Shown piece after piece: positions 44,372 through 54,155 of a stretch of 64,000 bases of DNA (position 1 is the first letter of the stretch; each line of letters starts with the position of its first letter). The translations under genes and the position numbers were made by a program. The stretch is taken from positions 7,341 to 71,340 of the forward strand of contig JBBSVE010000001.1 in assembly GCA_038233815.1 (NCBI GenBank), in the 5' to 3' direction. The stretch is from Rhodobacterales bacterium (GTDB lineage Bacteria > Pseudomonadota > Alphaproteobacteria > Rhodobacterales > Rhodobacteraceae). The notes beneath the pieces are model-generated. The model did no database searches. It saw only the letters and a program-made list of their open reading frames with translations, and was not told the DNA's origin.

Positions 44372-45379
44372 ATGAGCCTCACGATCCCGTCCGCCCCATT
44401 CCCCGCCGCCCGCTTCCGCCGTCTGCGCCGCACCGATGCGCTGCGCCGCTTGGCACAGGAAAACGTGCTGAGCGTCAACGACCTGATCTGGCCGGTCTTC
44501 GTGACCGAAGGCGAGCGGGTCAGCGATCCGGTCACCTCCATGCCCGGCGTGGCACGCCAGTCCATCGACAACGTGGTCCGCCGGGCGGAGGAGGCGGCAT
44601 CGCTCGGCATCCCCGCGATCTGCCTCTTTCCCTACACCGATCCCGACCTCAGGACGGAAACCTGCGAGGAGGCGTGGAACCCCGAGAACCTCATCAACCG
44701 CGCGATCCGGGCGATCAAGGCCCGCGTGCCGGAGGTTGCGGTGATGACCGACATCGCGCTCGACCCCTATAATGCGCTGGGCCATGACGGGCTGGTGCAG
44801 GACGGGCTGATCGTGAACGACGAGACGGTGGAGGCGCTGGTCCGCATGGCGGTGGCGCAGGCGGACGCAGGCGCCGACATCCTCGGCCCCTCCGACATGA
44901 TGGACGGCCGCATCGGGGCGATGCGCAGCGCGCTGGAGGCTGCGGGCCACCGGGACGTAGCGATCCTGAGCTATGCGGCGAAATACGCCTCTGCCTTTTA
45001 CGGTCCGTTCCGGGATGCGGTGGGGGCGGGCACGCGGCTTGTCGGGGACAAAAAGACCTACCAGATGAACCCCGCCAATTCAGACGAGGCGCTGCGGCTT
45101 GTTGCGCGCGATCTGGCGGAGGGGGCTGACATGGTGATGGTGAAGCCCGGGATGCCCTATCTCGACATCGTGCGGCGGGTGAAGGATCGCTTCGGCGCGC
45201 CGACCTCCGCCTATCAGGTGTCGGGCGAATATGCGATGTTGCGGGCGGCGGCGCAGAACGGCTGGATCGACGGCGAGCGCGCCATGGTTGAAAGCCTGAT
45301 CGCGTTTCGCCGGGCAGGGTGCGATGCAGTGCTGACCTATTTCGCCGCCGATATGGCGCGCCTTTTGCGCGACGGCTGA
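44372..45379 (+). CDS. hemB: porphobilinogen synthase (delta-aminolevulinate dehydratase), Asp-rich metal-site type
   Basis: MSLTIPSAPFPAARFRRLRRTDALRRL start. DIALDPYNALGHDG stands in place of the Cys-rich zinc motif. The active-site lysine region VMVKPG is present. Confidence 0.93.
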   Translation: MSLTIPSAPFPAARFRRLRRTDALRRLAQENVLSVNDLIWPVFVTEGERVSDPVTSMPGVARQSIDNVVRRAEEAASLGIPAICLFPYTDPDLRTETCEEAWNPENLINRAIRAIKARVPEVAVMTDIALDPYNALGHDGLVQDGLIVNDETVEALVRMAVAQADAGADILGPSDMMDGRIGAMRSALEAAGHRDVAILSYAAKYASAFYGPFRDAVGAGTRLVGDKKTYQMNPANSDEALRLVARDLAEGADMVMVKPGMPYLDIVRRVKDRFGAPTSAYQVSGEYAMLRAAAQNGWIDGERAMVESLIAFRRAGCDAVLTYFAADMARLLRDG

Positions 45380-45507
45380 AGGCCGCCCCCGGCGCCTGCG
45401 AAACGGATGACAGTGCCGCGCTTTCGGGCTATGGTTGCTCCCGGGGCGCCGCAGAGCGTCCGGTGAGGCGCTGGCCCGATGGGGCCGTATCGGAGACGGG
45501 CAAAGAC

Positions 45508-46062
45508 ATGACCACAATGAACAGGCGCGCCTTCGTCGGTGCGGGCGGCATGACGGTATTTCTGGCTGGGTGCGGCAATGGTGTGGGCGGCTCCGGCCCC
45601 GCGCGGATCGACGCGCGGGTGGATGCCACTCGGAACTACCTCTTTTCGCGCTATCCCGGCACGCGCGATCTCGCCGCGAAATCCAAAGGCGTGCTTTACA
45701 TGCCGCTTATCACCGAAGCGGGCTTTGGGATCGGCGGCGCCTACGGGCAAGGCGCGCTCCGCATCAACAACGTGACGGTGGACTATTACTCTGCCACGCG
45801 TGCCACGATCGGCTTCCAGATCGGCGCGCAGCAATATGCCCATGCGCTGTTCTTCCTGACAGAGGATGCGCTGGGCGAGTTCCGCCGCTCGCAAGGTTGG
45901 GCGGTCGGCGCGGACGTGCGCTACGCCACGCCGGAGCAAGGCCAGTCACTGGGCAAGGACACGACCGAATTGCAGCCGGTCGTGGCGCTGGTTTTCGGGC
46001 AATCGGGGCTGATCGCGGGGGCGACGCTCGGCGGCGTCAAATACTCCCGGATCATTCCCTAA
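45508..46062 (+). CDS. SYLF (DUF500/Ysc84-like) domain lipoprotein
   Basis: MTTMNRRAFVGAGGMTVFLAGC gives an RR-containing signal with a LAGC lipobox. SYLF-like body (GFGIGGAYGQGAL, GFQIGAQQY, GADVRYA). Confidence 0.7.
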   Translation: MTTMNRRAFVGAGGMTVFLAGCGNGVGGSGPARIDARVDATRNYLFSRYPGTRDLAAKSKGVLYMPLITEAGFGIGGAYGQGALRINNVTVDYYSATRATIGFQIGAQQYAHALFFLTEDALGEFRRSQGWAVGADVRYATPEQGQSLGKDTTELQPVVALVFGQSGLIAGATLGGVKYSRIIP

Positions 46063-46063
46063 G

Positions 46064-46927
46064 TCAGGAGAGCCGCTTGATGAGGCTCGACGTGTCCCAG
46101 CGCCCGCCGCCCATCGCCTGTACGTCCTTGTAGAACTGATCGACAAGGGCGGTCACCGGCAGCGACGCGCCGATCTCGTTCGCGGTGGCGAGACAGATGC
46201 CCAGATCCTTGCGCATCCAGTCGACCGCGAACCCGTGGGTAAAATGGCCCTCCAGCATGGTGGAGGCGCGGTTCGCCATCTGCCAGCTTCCTGCGGCACC
46301 CTGGCTGATCACCTCGACCACCGCGTTGCCGTCGAGCCCCGCCTTGTGACCGAACGCCAACGCCTCGGAGAGACCCTGAACCAGCCCCGCGATGCAGATC
46401 TGGTTCATCATCTTGGCGATCTGCCCCGCCCCCGACGCACCCAGAAGCTTGCAGATCCGCGCATAGGCGTCGATCACCGGCGCTGCGCGGGCATAATCCT
46501 CCTCCGCCCCGCCGCACATGACGGAGAGCGCACCGTTCTGCGCCCCCGCCTGCCCGCCCGACACCGGCGCATCCACAAAGCCGAAGCCCGCCTCGCGCGC
46601 CATCCCCGCCATCTCGCGCGTGACCTGCGCCGAGACGGTGGTGTGGTCGACAAAAACCGCCCCCGCCTCCATCCCCGCGAACGCGCCGTCCGGCCCCGTA
46701 CAAACGGCGCGCAGATCGTCGTCGTTGCCGACGCAGGCCATCACGAATTCCTGCCCCCGGGCGGCCTCGCACGGGGTCTGCGCGGTTTTGCCGCCATGCT
46801 CCGCCGCCCAGTCCGAGGCCTTGGCCGCCGTGCGGTTATAGACCGTGACCTCGTGTCCCTTGGCCGCCAGATGCCCCGCCATCGGGTATCCCATGACCCC
46901 AAGTCCCAGAAATGTCACCCGTGCCAT
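46064..46927 (-). CDS. NAD(P)-dependent 3-hydroxyisobutyrate dehydrogenase-family oxidoreductase
   Basis: MARVTFLGLGVMGYPMAGHLAAKGHEVTVYNRT Rossmann start and a 6PGDH-like C-domain (KMMNQICIAG). Confidence 0.85.
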   Translation of the reverse strand: MARVTFLGLGVMGYPMAGHLAAKGHEVTVYNRTAAKASDWAAEHGGKTAQTPCEAARGQEFVMACVGNDDDLRAVCTGPDGAFAGMEAGAVFVDHTTVSAQVTREMAGMAREAGFGFVDAPVSGGQAGAQNGALSVMCGGAEEDYARAAPVIDAYARICKLLGASGAGQIAKMMNQICIAGLVQGLSEALAFGHKAGLDGNAVVEVISQGAAGSWQMANRASTMLEGHFTHGFAVDWMRKDLGICLATANEIGASLPVTALVDQFYKDVQAMGGGRWDTSSLIKRLS

Positions 46928-47025
46928 GCCGTCCCTCCCGATTGCCGCGCTTGCGTTCCCGTTGCCTCGTCCGGGAAGGTGGCATAGGAACCGAGCCTTA
47001 CCCAGCCGTCAAGAACGGACCCTCC

Positions 47026-49488
47026 ATGCTCACCGTCTTCCGCTGGTTGCTGCGCATCTTCGCGGGTCTGGTCGTCTTCTCGATGCTGTGCGTGGCGACG
47101 GCGTGGTTCTTCCTCTCCCGCTCGCTGCCCGACTATTCCGAGGATTTCACCCTGCCCGGCATCACCGCCCCGGTGGAGATCGTGCGCAACAACGCCTCCG
47201 TGCCGCATATCTTCGGCAAGACCGATGCGGACGTGTTCTTCGCGCTGGGATTCGCACATGCGCAGGACCGGCTCTGGCAGATGACGATGCTGCGGCGCAC
47301 CGTGCAGGGGCGGCTGTCGGAGGTCTTCGGCGAGCGCACGCTGCAGACGGATGAACTGTTGCGCCGGTATGACCTCTACAACCTCGCGGTGCGGTCGGTG
47401 GATGCGCAGGACGCGCGGACCAAGACGGCGCTGACGGCCTATTCCGCCGGGGTGAATGCGTGGATCGGTCAGGTCAACGCGAAGGCACGCGGGCGCGGTG
47501 CGCCGGAGATGTTCTTCTTTTCCAACGAGATCGCGGCGTGGCAGCCCGCCGACAGCATCGCCATCGTGAAACTGATGGCCTTGCAACTGTCGGGCCAGAT
47601 GCAGACCGAGATCCTGCGTGCCCGCACCTCGCTGCTGCTGCCCGACGCGCGCCTGCACGACATCCTGCCCGACGACCCCGACGCGCCCATCGTGGCGCTG
47701 CCGAAATATTCGCAAGTGATGCCCGATGCGGTTCCGGGCATAAAGCCCACGCGGCTTGCCGGCGACCCGCTGTCGCCCTTCCCCGAGCCGGGTCTCGCCG
47801 GGGCCTCGAACGCGTGGGCGGCGGCGCCGGGGCGCTCCTCCGCCGGGGGGTCGCTCTTGGCCAACGACCCGCATCTGGCCTTCACCGCGCCCTCGATCTG
47901 GTATCTGGCGCGGATGCAGTTGCAGTCCGGCGGGGTGATCGGTGCGACCATCCCCGGCATCCCCGCGATTCTGCTCGGGCGGTCCGACACGCTCGGCTGG
48001 GGGCTGACCTCCTCCTATCTCGACGATCAGGACGTGCTGATCGAGAAGCTGAACCCGGATAATCGCGAGGAATACGAGACCCCGGGCGGCTGGAAGCGGT
48101 TCGAGACCCGGCGCTCCATCATCCGGGTGAAGGACCACGACCCGGTGACGATCACGTTGCGCTGGTCGGACAATGGGCCGATCCTGCCGGGGTCGCATTT
48201 CGACCTGTCCACCATCACCCCGCCCGGCCATGTGGCGGCGCTGTCATGGACCGCGCTGCAACCCGACGACACCTCCATGACGGCCGCAATCCGGCTGATG
48301 GAATCGCCCGACATCCCGGCGGCGCTGGAGGCGGGGCGGCTCTTCGTGGCTCCGGCGCAGAACCTGATGCTGGCCGACAAGACCGGGATCGCCTTTCAGC
48401 TGATCGGCAAGATGCCGAAGCGCGATCCGGCGAGCCAGAGCAGGGGGCGGATGCCGGCGCTCGGCGCGCTGTCCCAGAACCGCTGGCAGGGCTTTTTCGA
48501 CTATGCCGAAAACCTGCGCGTGGTGAACCCCGCCTCCGGCCTTCTGGGCAACACCAACAACAAGACGACGGACGCGCCCTTCCCCCATCACGTGACCTTC
48601 GACTGGGGCGACACGCACCGGATCAAACGCTGGCTCTCCCTCATGCAGACGCGCGAGGTCCATACCCGCGAAAGCTTCATCGAGGCGCAACTCGACACCG
48701 TGAGCCCGGTCGCGCGCTCCGTTCTACCGCTGATCGGGGCCGACCTCTGGTTCACCGGCGAGGCGGCACCCGAGGGCACGCCCGAACGCTTGCGCCAGAA
48801 GGCGCTGGCGCTCCTGTCGCAATGGAACGGAGAGATGAACGAGCATCTGCCCGAGCCGCTGATCTATGCCGCATGGCTCCGCGCGTTGCAGGACCGTCTG
48901 ATCCGGGATGAGTTGGGCCCTCTCGCCGACGATTTCGCCCGCGTCGATCCGGTGTTTCTGGAACGGGTGTTCCGGGACGTCGACGGCGCCTCAAAATGGT
49001 GCGACGTGATCCAGTCCGCGGCGGTGGAGACTTGCACCGACATCGCGCGCATGTCGCTTGATGATGCGCTGCTGCGGCTGAAGGAGCGGTATGGGCCCGA
49101 TATCGAAAGCTGGCGCTGGGGCGACGCGCATCAGGCGACGCAGGACCATCCGGTGCTCGGACGCATCCCGGTCCTGCGTTACTTCGTCAACATCCGGCAA
49201 TCGACGTCGGGGGGCGATTTCACGCTGATGCGGGGTTCGACCTCGACGGTGGAGCCCGATCCGTTTCAGAACGTGCACGGGCCGGGCTACCGCGGGGTCT
49301 ATGATTTCGCCGATCCGGACAGTTCAGTCTTCATCATCTCGACGGGCGAATCCGGTCATCCGCTGTCGCGCCATTACGACGATCTGGGCGTCCTGTGGCG
49401 GCGCGGCGAATATATCCCGATGAGCCTTGACCCCGAGCTTGCCCGTGCGGCGGCCGTGGGTATCACACACCTGACGCCGGCGCCTTAG
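47026..49488 (+). CDS. penicillin acylase-family Ntn hydrolase (possible N-acyl-homoserine lactone acylase)
   Basis: N-terminal TM/signal anchor (MLTVFRWLLRIFAGLVVFSMLCVATAWFFL), alpha-subunit motif GFAHAQDRLWQM, and the autoprocessing/nucleophile motif G-SNAW (LAGASNAWAAAP). Track start trimmed from 46912. Confidence 0.85.
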   Translation: MLTVFRWLLRIFAGLVVFSMLCVATAWFFLSRSLPDYSEDFTLPGITAPVEIVRNNASVPHIFGKTDADVFFALGFAHAQDRLWQMTMLRRTVQGRLSEVFGERTLQTDELLRRYDLYNLAVRSVDAQDARTKTALTAYSAGVNAWIGQVNAKARGRGAPEMFFFSNEIAAWQPADSIAIVKLMALQLSGQMQTEILRARTSLLLPDARLHDILPDDPDAPIVALPKYSQVMPDAVPGIKPTRLAGDPLSPFPEPGLAGASNAWAAAPGRSSAGGSLLANDPHLAFTAPSIWYLARMQLQSGGVIGATIPGIPAILLGRSDTLGWGLTSSYLDDQDVLIEKLNPDNREEYETPGGWKRFETRRSIIRVKDHDPVTITLRWSDNGPILPGSHFDLSTITPPGHVAALSWTALQPDDTSMTAAIRLMESPDIPAALEAGRLFVAPAQNLMLADKTGIAFQLIGKMPKRDPASQSRGRMPALGALSQNRWQGFFDYAENLRVVNPASGLLGNTNNKTTDAPFPHHVTFDWGDTHRIKRWLSLMQTREVHTRESFIEAQLDTVSPVARSVLPLIGADLWFTGEAAPEGTPERLRQKALALLSQWNGEMNEHLPEPLIYAAWLRALQDRLIRDELGPLADDFARVDPVFLERVFRDVDGASKWCDVIQSAAVETCTDIARMSLDDALLRLKERYGPDIESWRWGDAHQATQDHPVLGRIPVLRYFVNIRQSTSGGDFTLMRGSTSTVEPDPFQNVHGPGYRGVYDFADPDSSVFIISTGESGHPLSRHYDDLGVLWRRGEYIPMSLDPELARAAAVGITHLTPAP

Positions 49489-50831
49489 AGGGCCGAGAAC
49501 TGGCGCGCCTGCGCTTCGGTCCAGCGCACGCGGGCGCGCCAGCCGGTCTCCAGCGTCTCCTCTGCCTCCACCACGCCAGCCTCGTGGAGCCAGGCGTGGC
49601 GGCGCCCGTCGGCAAAACCTACCTCCACGACCGCCTCGATGACCGCATCGCCCAGGATCTCCGCGACCGCCCCGAGAAGGGCCGGGATCCCGTCGCCGGT
49701 CAGCGCGGAGAGGGCAAAGATACGCTCCCCCTGCTCCGCCTGCGTCTCCAGCACACCGCGCGCCGTGGGGTCCACGAGGTCGAGCTTGTTCCAGACCTCC
49801 AGCATCGGCACGTCGGCCTTCACGCCAAGGGCACCAAGGATATCGGCCACATCCGCCGCCTGCTCGGCGCTTTCGGGGTGGGAGATGTCGCGGACATGGA
49901 GGATGAGGTCCGCCTCCAGCACCTCCTCCAGCGTGGCGCGAAAGGCGGCCACAAGCTGCGTCGGCAGCTCGGAGATGAAGCCCACCGTGTCGGACAGGAT
50001 CACCGTGGCGCCACCCTCCAGCGCCACCCCGCGCATGGTGGGATCGAGCGTGGCAAACAGCATGTCCTTGGCCAGCACCTCCGCCCCGGTGATCCGGTTG
50101 AAGAGCGTGGATTTGCCCGCATTGGTGTAGCCCACCAGCGCCACGACCGGGAACGGCACCTTGCGGCGCGAGGCCCGGTGCAGTTCCCGCGTCCGGGCGA
50201 CCTTCTCCAGCTGGCGCTTGATGCGGATCACCTGATCGTCGATGGCGCGACGGTCCGACTCGATCTGCGTCTCGCCCGGACCGCCGACAAACCCGAAGCC
50301 GCCGCGCTGACGCTCCAGATGGGTCCAGGCCCGCACCAGCCGCGTGCGCTGGTAGGAGAGGGCTGCCAGTTCCACCTGCAACACCCCCTCGCGGGTGCGG
50401 GCGCGGTCGGCGAAGATCTCGAGGATCAGCCCGGTCCGGTCCAGAAGCTTGACGCCCCATTCCTTTTCGAGGTTGCGTTGCTGCACCGGGCTCACCGGGC
50501 CGTCGACCAGCACCAGTTCGACTTCGGCGGCGGCAAAGGTCGCCTTCAGGTCCGCCACCTTGCCCGACCCGAAGAGCGTGCCGGGACTGACCCGCGCCAC
50601 GCGCACCACGTCGGCCCCCGCCACCTCGATCCCCGGCAAGGCCGCGGCGAGAGACACCGCCTCCGCCAGCGCATGGTCGGGCAGTCGGCGCTTGTGCGCG
50701 CCCTTCAGGTCGGGATGGACAACCCACGCCACCTGAGGCCGGGCCTCGGTATCGTGCCCCTGCCCGCGCGGGACGAACAGCCCGGTATCGTCCGGGGCGT
50801 CATCGTCCGGGATATCCGCGCGCCCGCTCAA
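49485..50831 (-). CDS. hflX: GTPase HflX
   Basis: HflX N-domain and G-domain ([22 protein letters not shown]). The annotated start codon at 50831 is TTG and overlaps the hfq stop, so the true start could be internal. Confidence 0.88.
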   Translation of the reverse strand: MSGRADIPDDDAPDDTGLFVPRGQGHDTEARPQVAWVVHPDLKGAHKRRLPDHALAEAVSLAAALPGIEVAGADVVRVARVSPGTLFGSGKVADLKATFAAAEVELVLVDGPVSPVQQRNLEKEWGVKLLDRTGLILEIFADRARTREGVLQVELAALSYQRTRLVRAWTHLERQRGGFGFVGGPGETQIESDRRAIDDQVIRIKRQLEKVARTRELHRASRRKVPFPVVALVGYTNAGKSTLFNRITGAEVLAKDMLFATLDPTMRGVALEGGATVILSDTVGFISELPTQLVAAFRATLEEVLEADLILHVRDISHPESAEQAADVADILGALGVKADVPMLEVWNKLDLVDPTARGVLETQAEQGERIFALSALTGDGIPALLGAVAEILGDAVIEAVVEVGFADGRRHAWLHEAGVVEAEETLETGWRARVRWTEAQARQFSAL

Positions 50832-51061
50832 TCTTCAGCTTCATAGAGGCTGATCGGCGCGCCGGGCATGATCGTGGAGATGGCATGCTTGTAGACGAGC
50901 TGGCTTTGCCCGTCGCGGCGCAGCAGGACGCAGAAATTGTCGAACCAGGTGATGACACCCTGCAGTTTCACCCCGTTGATGAGGAAGATCGTGACCGGAA
51001 CCTTGGCCTTGCGCACATGGTTGAGAAACACGTCCTGCAGGTTCTGCTTGTCGGAAGCCAT
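50828..51061 (-). CDS. hfq: RNA chaperone Hfq
   Basis: [64 protein letters not shown] carries the Sm1/Sm2 motifs. Confidence 0.97.
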   Translation of the reverse strand: MASDKQNLQDVFLNHVRKAKVPVTIFLINGVKLQGVITWFDNFCVLLRRDGQSQLVYKHAISTIMPGAPISLYEAED

Positions 51062-51182
51062 CGGATGCGCCTTTTTTTATTCTGATTGCTGATGCACCCC
51101 CGGTCCCCCCCGCGGGTCGTCGGATCACTATGAATTGCGATCTGGAGACATTCCAGCCCCAAATGCGACACGCATACCGGCC

Positions 51183-52700
51183 TCACCGCCGCCAGATGCC
51201 GGGGCCAATGAGCGCCAATATGGCCAGCACCTCCACCCGTCCGACCACCATCGCGGCGGCGAGCACCACTTTCGCCACCACCGCCAGATCGGCGGGCCGG
51301 ACCGGCACCGTCGTCGCCATGTCGATCAGCGGACCGGTGGTCGTGACGGAGGCGACGGTCAGCACCAGCGCAGGCTCGAAGTCGAGCCCGGTCAAGGCCA
51401 GAAGCGCCAAAACAACCGCGAAGGTCATGGCAAACAGCATGAAAAAGATCCACGCCACATAGGCCCCGCCGCGACGGAGCCTGCGCGCCGCTTCGCCCGA
51501 ACCGCCGATCGAGGAGGGATGGACGAGCCGGTCCAGCTCCCTCTCGCCGTGCCGGGCCAGCGCGTAGATCCGCAGCAGTTTCAGCCCCCCGGCGGTGGTC
51601 GCGATCCCGCCCCCGATCATCGAGAGGCCGACGAGCACCAGACCCGAGCTGTCCAGCCCCGACCACATCCGCGCCTGCGCCCAGCCGGCACTCTCGAACC
51701 CGGTGGTGGTCAGAAACGACATCGTGGTGAACAGCGCGCCCCAGAAGGCCAGCAAACCCGATCCCCATGTGCTCTCATCACCCTCCCCGATCTCCCCGAT
51801 CCAGTGCCGCGCGAGCACGATTGCAGGCACCGTCACGAGGAGGAGGACCGCGACCCGCACCTCGGGGTCTTGCCAGATGGGGCGTTCGCGGTCGGTCAGG
51901 CTGCGCCCGGGCAGGCTGCGCCGGGTCAGGGCCAGCGCCATGAAGAGGAAGATGAAGACCTCGCCCGTGAACCCCGCATAGGCCTTGCTGAATCCCACTC
52001 CGGGGGAAATGCCGGAGGTGGAGAGCGTCGACATCGCGTGGCTCAGCGCGACCAGACCCCGCTCCCCCGTCAGCAAAAGGCAGACCCAGAGCGCCAGCGT
52101 CAGCCCGGCATAAGCGGGAAAGATCGCCATCGAATGCCGGATCAGACGCCGGGCCGGGTTCGCCCCCCGCTCGATCTGATTGGCGCCCTTGGACCCCCGT
52201 CCCGGCACGCGTCCGGTCAGCACCTCCACCCCGCCGAGGTTCAGGGGGGCCAGAACCGCCACCGCCGTCAAAAGGACAAAATAGCCGCCCATCCAGCCCA
52301 CCAGCGCCCGCCAGAGATGGAGCGTGGCCGCGATCCTGGGACCGCTGTCATAGAGCGTTGTCCCCGTGGTGGTGAAACAGGACACCATTTCGAACCAGGC
52401 GTCGAGAAAGGACGTGTCGTGGATCGCCTGATGGAACGGCACCGCAAAAAGAACCGGAAGCCAGAGGTAGGCGCCGACCAGGGCGGCGAGCTGGCTGCGG
52501 GCAATGTTGCGGGGCCGGTGGTTCTGCGTGGCGATCCCCAGCACGACGGCCAGAACGAAGAAGATCAGCCCGTAGTAAAGGAACGGTCGCGCGGTGGCAT
52601 AGTCGCCCCGCGTTGCAGCATGGGCCGCCGGCAGCAGCATCGACGCGGCGCCAATCGCCGTCAGAATCACGAGGAAGGGAAGATCGCCGATCCGCCGCAT
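51183..52700 (-). CDS. trkH: TrkH-family potassium uptake membrane protein
   Basis: 505 aa, polytopic, with repeated selectivity-filter-like segments (TTTGTT, LSTSGIS, TTTGFE, TTTGPL). Confidence 0.88.
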   Translation of the reverse strand: MRRIGDLPFLVILTAIGAASMLLPAAHAATRGDYATARPFLYYGLIFFVLAVVLGIATQNHRPRNIARSQLAALVGAYLWLPVLFAVPFHQAIHDTSFLDAWFEMVSCFTTTGTTLYDSGPRIAATLHLWRALVGWMGGYFVLLTAVAVLAPLNLGGVEVLTGRVPGRGSKGANQIERGANPARRLIRHSMAIFPAYAGLTLALWVCLLLTGERGLVALSHAMSTLSTSGISPGVGFSKAYAGFTGEVFIFLFMALALTRRSLPGRSLTDRERPIWQDPEVRVAVLLLVTVPAIVLARHWIGEIGEGDESTWGSGLLAFWGALFTTMSFLTTTGFESAGWAQARMWSGLDSSGLVLVGLSMIGGGIATTAGGLKLLRIYALARHGERELDRLVHPSSIGGSGEAARRLRRGGAYVAWIFFMLFAMTFAVVLALLALTGLDFEPALVLTVASVTTTGPLIDMATTVPVRPADLAVVAKVVLAAAMVVGRVEVLAILALIGPGIWRR

Positions 52701-52703
52701 GGC

Positions 52704-54080
52704 TCAGAAAAAATCGATGGAGACCTGCAACAACCGCTCCACCTCCGGCACGTCGGCCGTCAGCGCAAAGAGGACGATCACGTCGCCCTCTTCCATCCTC
52801 AAATCGCCTCCGGGTTTCAGGACCTTGTCGCCTTTCATCAAGGCGGCCACCAGAACGCCTTCGGGGAACGACACATCGCGGATCAGCTTGCCCGCGAGCG
52901 GCGATGTCGATAGCACATGCGCCTCGATCACCTCGGCCTCGGCATCGCCGATGGAATAGACGGACTGGACGCGGCCATGACGGATATGGCGCAGGATCGA
53001 CGACACGGTCGTGGCGCGCGGGTTGATGAAGGCGTCGATGTCGAGCGCGCTCATCAGGGGCACCATCGAAGGATCGTTGACCAGTGCGACCGACATCGGA
53101 CAGCCCGCCTGCTTGGCGCGCACTGCAACCAGCAGATTGGTCTTGTCGTCGTCGGTCACGGTCAGCACCGCATCGGCGCGGTCGATCCCCGCCTCCAGCA
53201 GGATGTCCATGTCGAGCCCGTCACCGTTGAGCACGATCGTCCGCTCCAGCGCGTCCGCCGCCCGCTCGGCCCGGCCCCGGTCACGCTCGATTACCTTGCA
53301 GCGCAGCCGCTCGGTCCGGTTCTCCAGCGCCTTGGCGACCTCCAGCCCCACGTTGCCCGCCCCAACGATCACCACACGCTCCTGCTTGCGGGTCGTCTTG
53401 CCGAAGATTTCCAGCGTGCGGTTCAGATCCTGAGTATGGGCGAAGACGTAGATCCGGTCGCCGGCAAAGAGCTGGTCGTCGGGGTCCGGGACAAAGAGCC
53501 GGGCCTCGCGTCGCACGCCCACGACGATCGCGCGCAGGGTGGAGAAGAGCTCCGACAGCTGACGGAGCGAGGTGTTGAGGACCGGGCAATCCTCGTCCAG
53601 CACGATGCCCAGCAGCTGCGCCTTGCCGTTGAGGAAGCTCTCCGTGTCGAACGTCGCAGGCGCTGCCAGACGTTGCAGGGCCGCCTCCGCCACCTCCCGC
53701 TCGGGCGAGATCACGACGTCGATTGGCAGGTGATCGCGGCGGTAGAGATCGGCGTAGATCGCGTCGAGGTAGCTTTGCGCGCGCAGCCGCGCGATTTTCC
53801 TCGGCACCGAAAACACCGAATGCGCGACCTGACAAGTGACCATGTTCACCTCGTCCGAATGGGTCGCGGCGATGATCATGTCGGCATCCTTCGCCCCGGC
53901 GCGGGCGAGGATGTCAGGGTAGGACGCGAAGCCCACGATGCCTTGCACGTCGAGCGTATCGGTCGCGCGGCGCACCAGATCGGCGTTGTAGTCCACCACG
54001 GTGACGTCGTTCTTTTCGCCCGAGAGGTGGCGCGCGATCTGCCAGCCCACCTGCCCGGCCCCGCAGATGATGACTTTCAT
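52704..54080 (-). CDS. trkA: Trk system potassium uptake protein TrkA (tandem RCK)
   Basis: MKVIICGAGQVGWQIARHL, plus a second VVIVGAGNVGLEVAKAL Rossmann fold, each followed by a TrkA-C domain. Confidence 0.93.
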   Translation of the reverse strand: MKVIICGAGQVGWQIARHLSGEKNDVTVVDYNADLVRRATDTLDVQGIVGFASYPDILARAGAKDADMIIAATHSDEVNMVTCQVAHSVFSVPRKIARLRAQSYLDAIYADLYRRDHLPIDVVISPEREVAEAALQRLAAPATFDTESFLNGKAQLLGIVLDEDCPVLNTSLRQLSELFSTLRAIVVGVRREARLFVPDPDDQLFAGDRIYVFAHTQDLNRTLEIFGKTTRKQERVVIVGAGNVGLEVAKALENRTERLRCKVIERDRGRAERAADALERTIVLNGDGLDMDILLEAGIDRADAVLTVTDDDKTNLLVAVRAKQAGCPMSVALVNDPSMVPLMSALDIDAFINPRATTVSSILRHIRHGRVQSVYSIGDAEAEVIEAHVLSTSPLAGKLIRDVSFPEGVLVAALMKGDKVLKPGGDLRMEEGDVIVLFALTADVPEVERLLQVSIDFF

Positions 54081-54155
54081 GGCCCGCGCCTCCCCGGGAG
54101 GACAGGTGCCCCCGCAACTCCCCCGCTACTTGGCAGATGCGGCGGGGGGGGTCAA

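Noticed and set aside
40354-44772. Very long ORFs on the opposite strand of real genes. Examples: 1472 aa at 40354-44772 antisense to mfd, 958 aa at 21464-24340 antisense to the RACo-like gene, 862 aa at 90-2678 antisense to lysR/soxB, 702 aa at 4070-6178, and 649 aa at 16459-18408.
   Set aside because: Their translations are Arg/Pro/Gly/Ala-rich low-complexity strings with no recognisable domains. In each case the other strand encodes a full-length, motif-rich family member. This is the classic stop-codon-poor shadow frame of high-GC DNA.
51897-51926. Tandem 15-nt duplication CAGGCTGCGCC(C)GGG x2 inside trkH.
   Set aside because: The 11-nt core repeats at a 15-nt (in-frame) offset and only produces a short RSLPG/RSLTD duplication in a loop of TrkH. 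It looks like an ordinary slippage polymorphism with no evident function.
54081-54155. TTGGCAG...GC string between ntrX and trkA, examined as a sigma-54 promoter.
   Set aside because: It is on the wrong strand for trkA and lacks a TTGC -12 element at the correct spacing.
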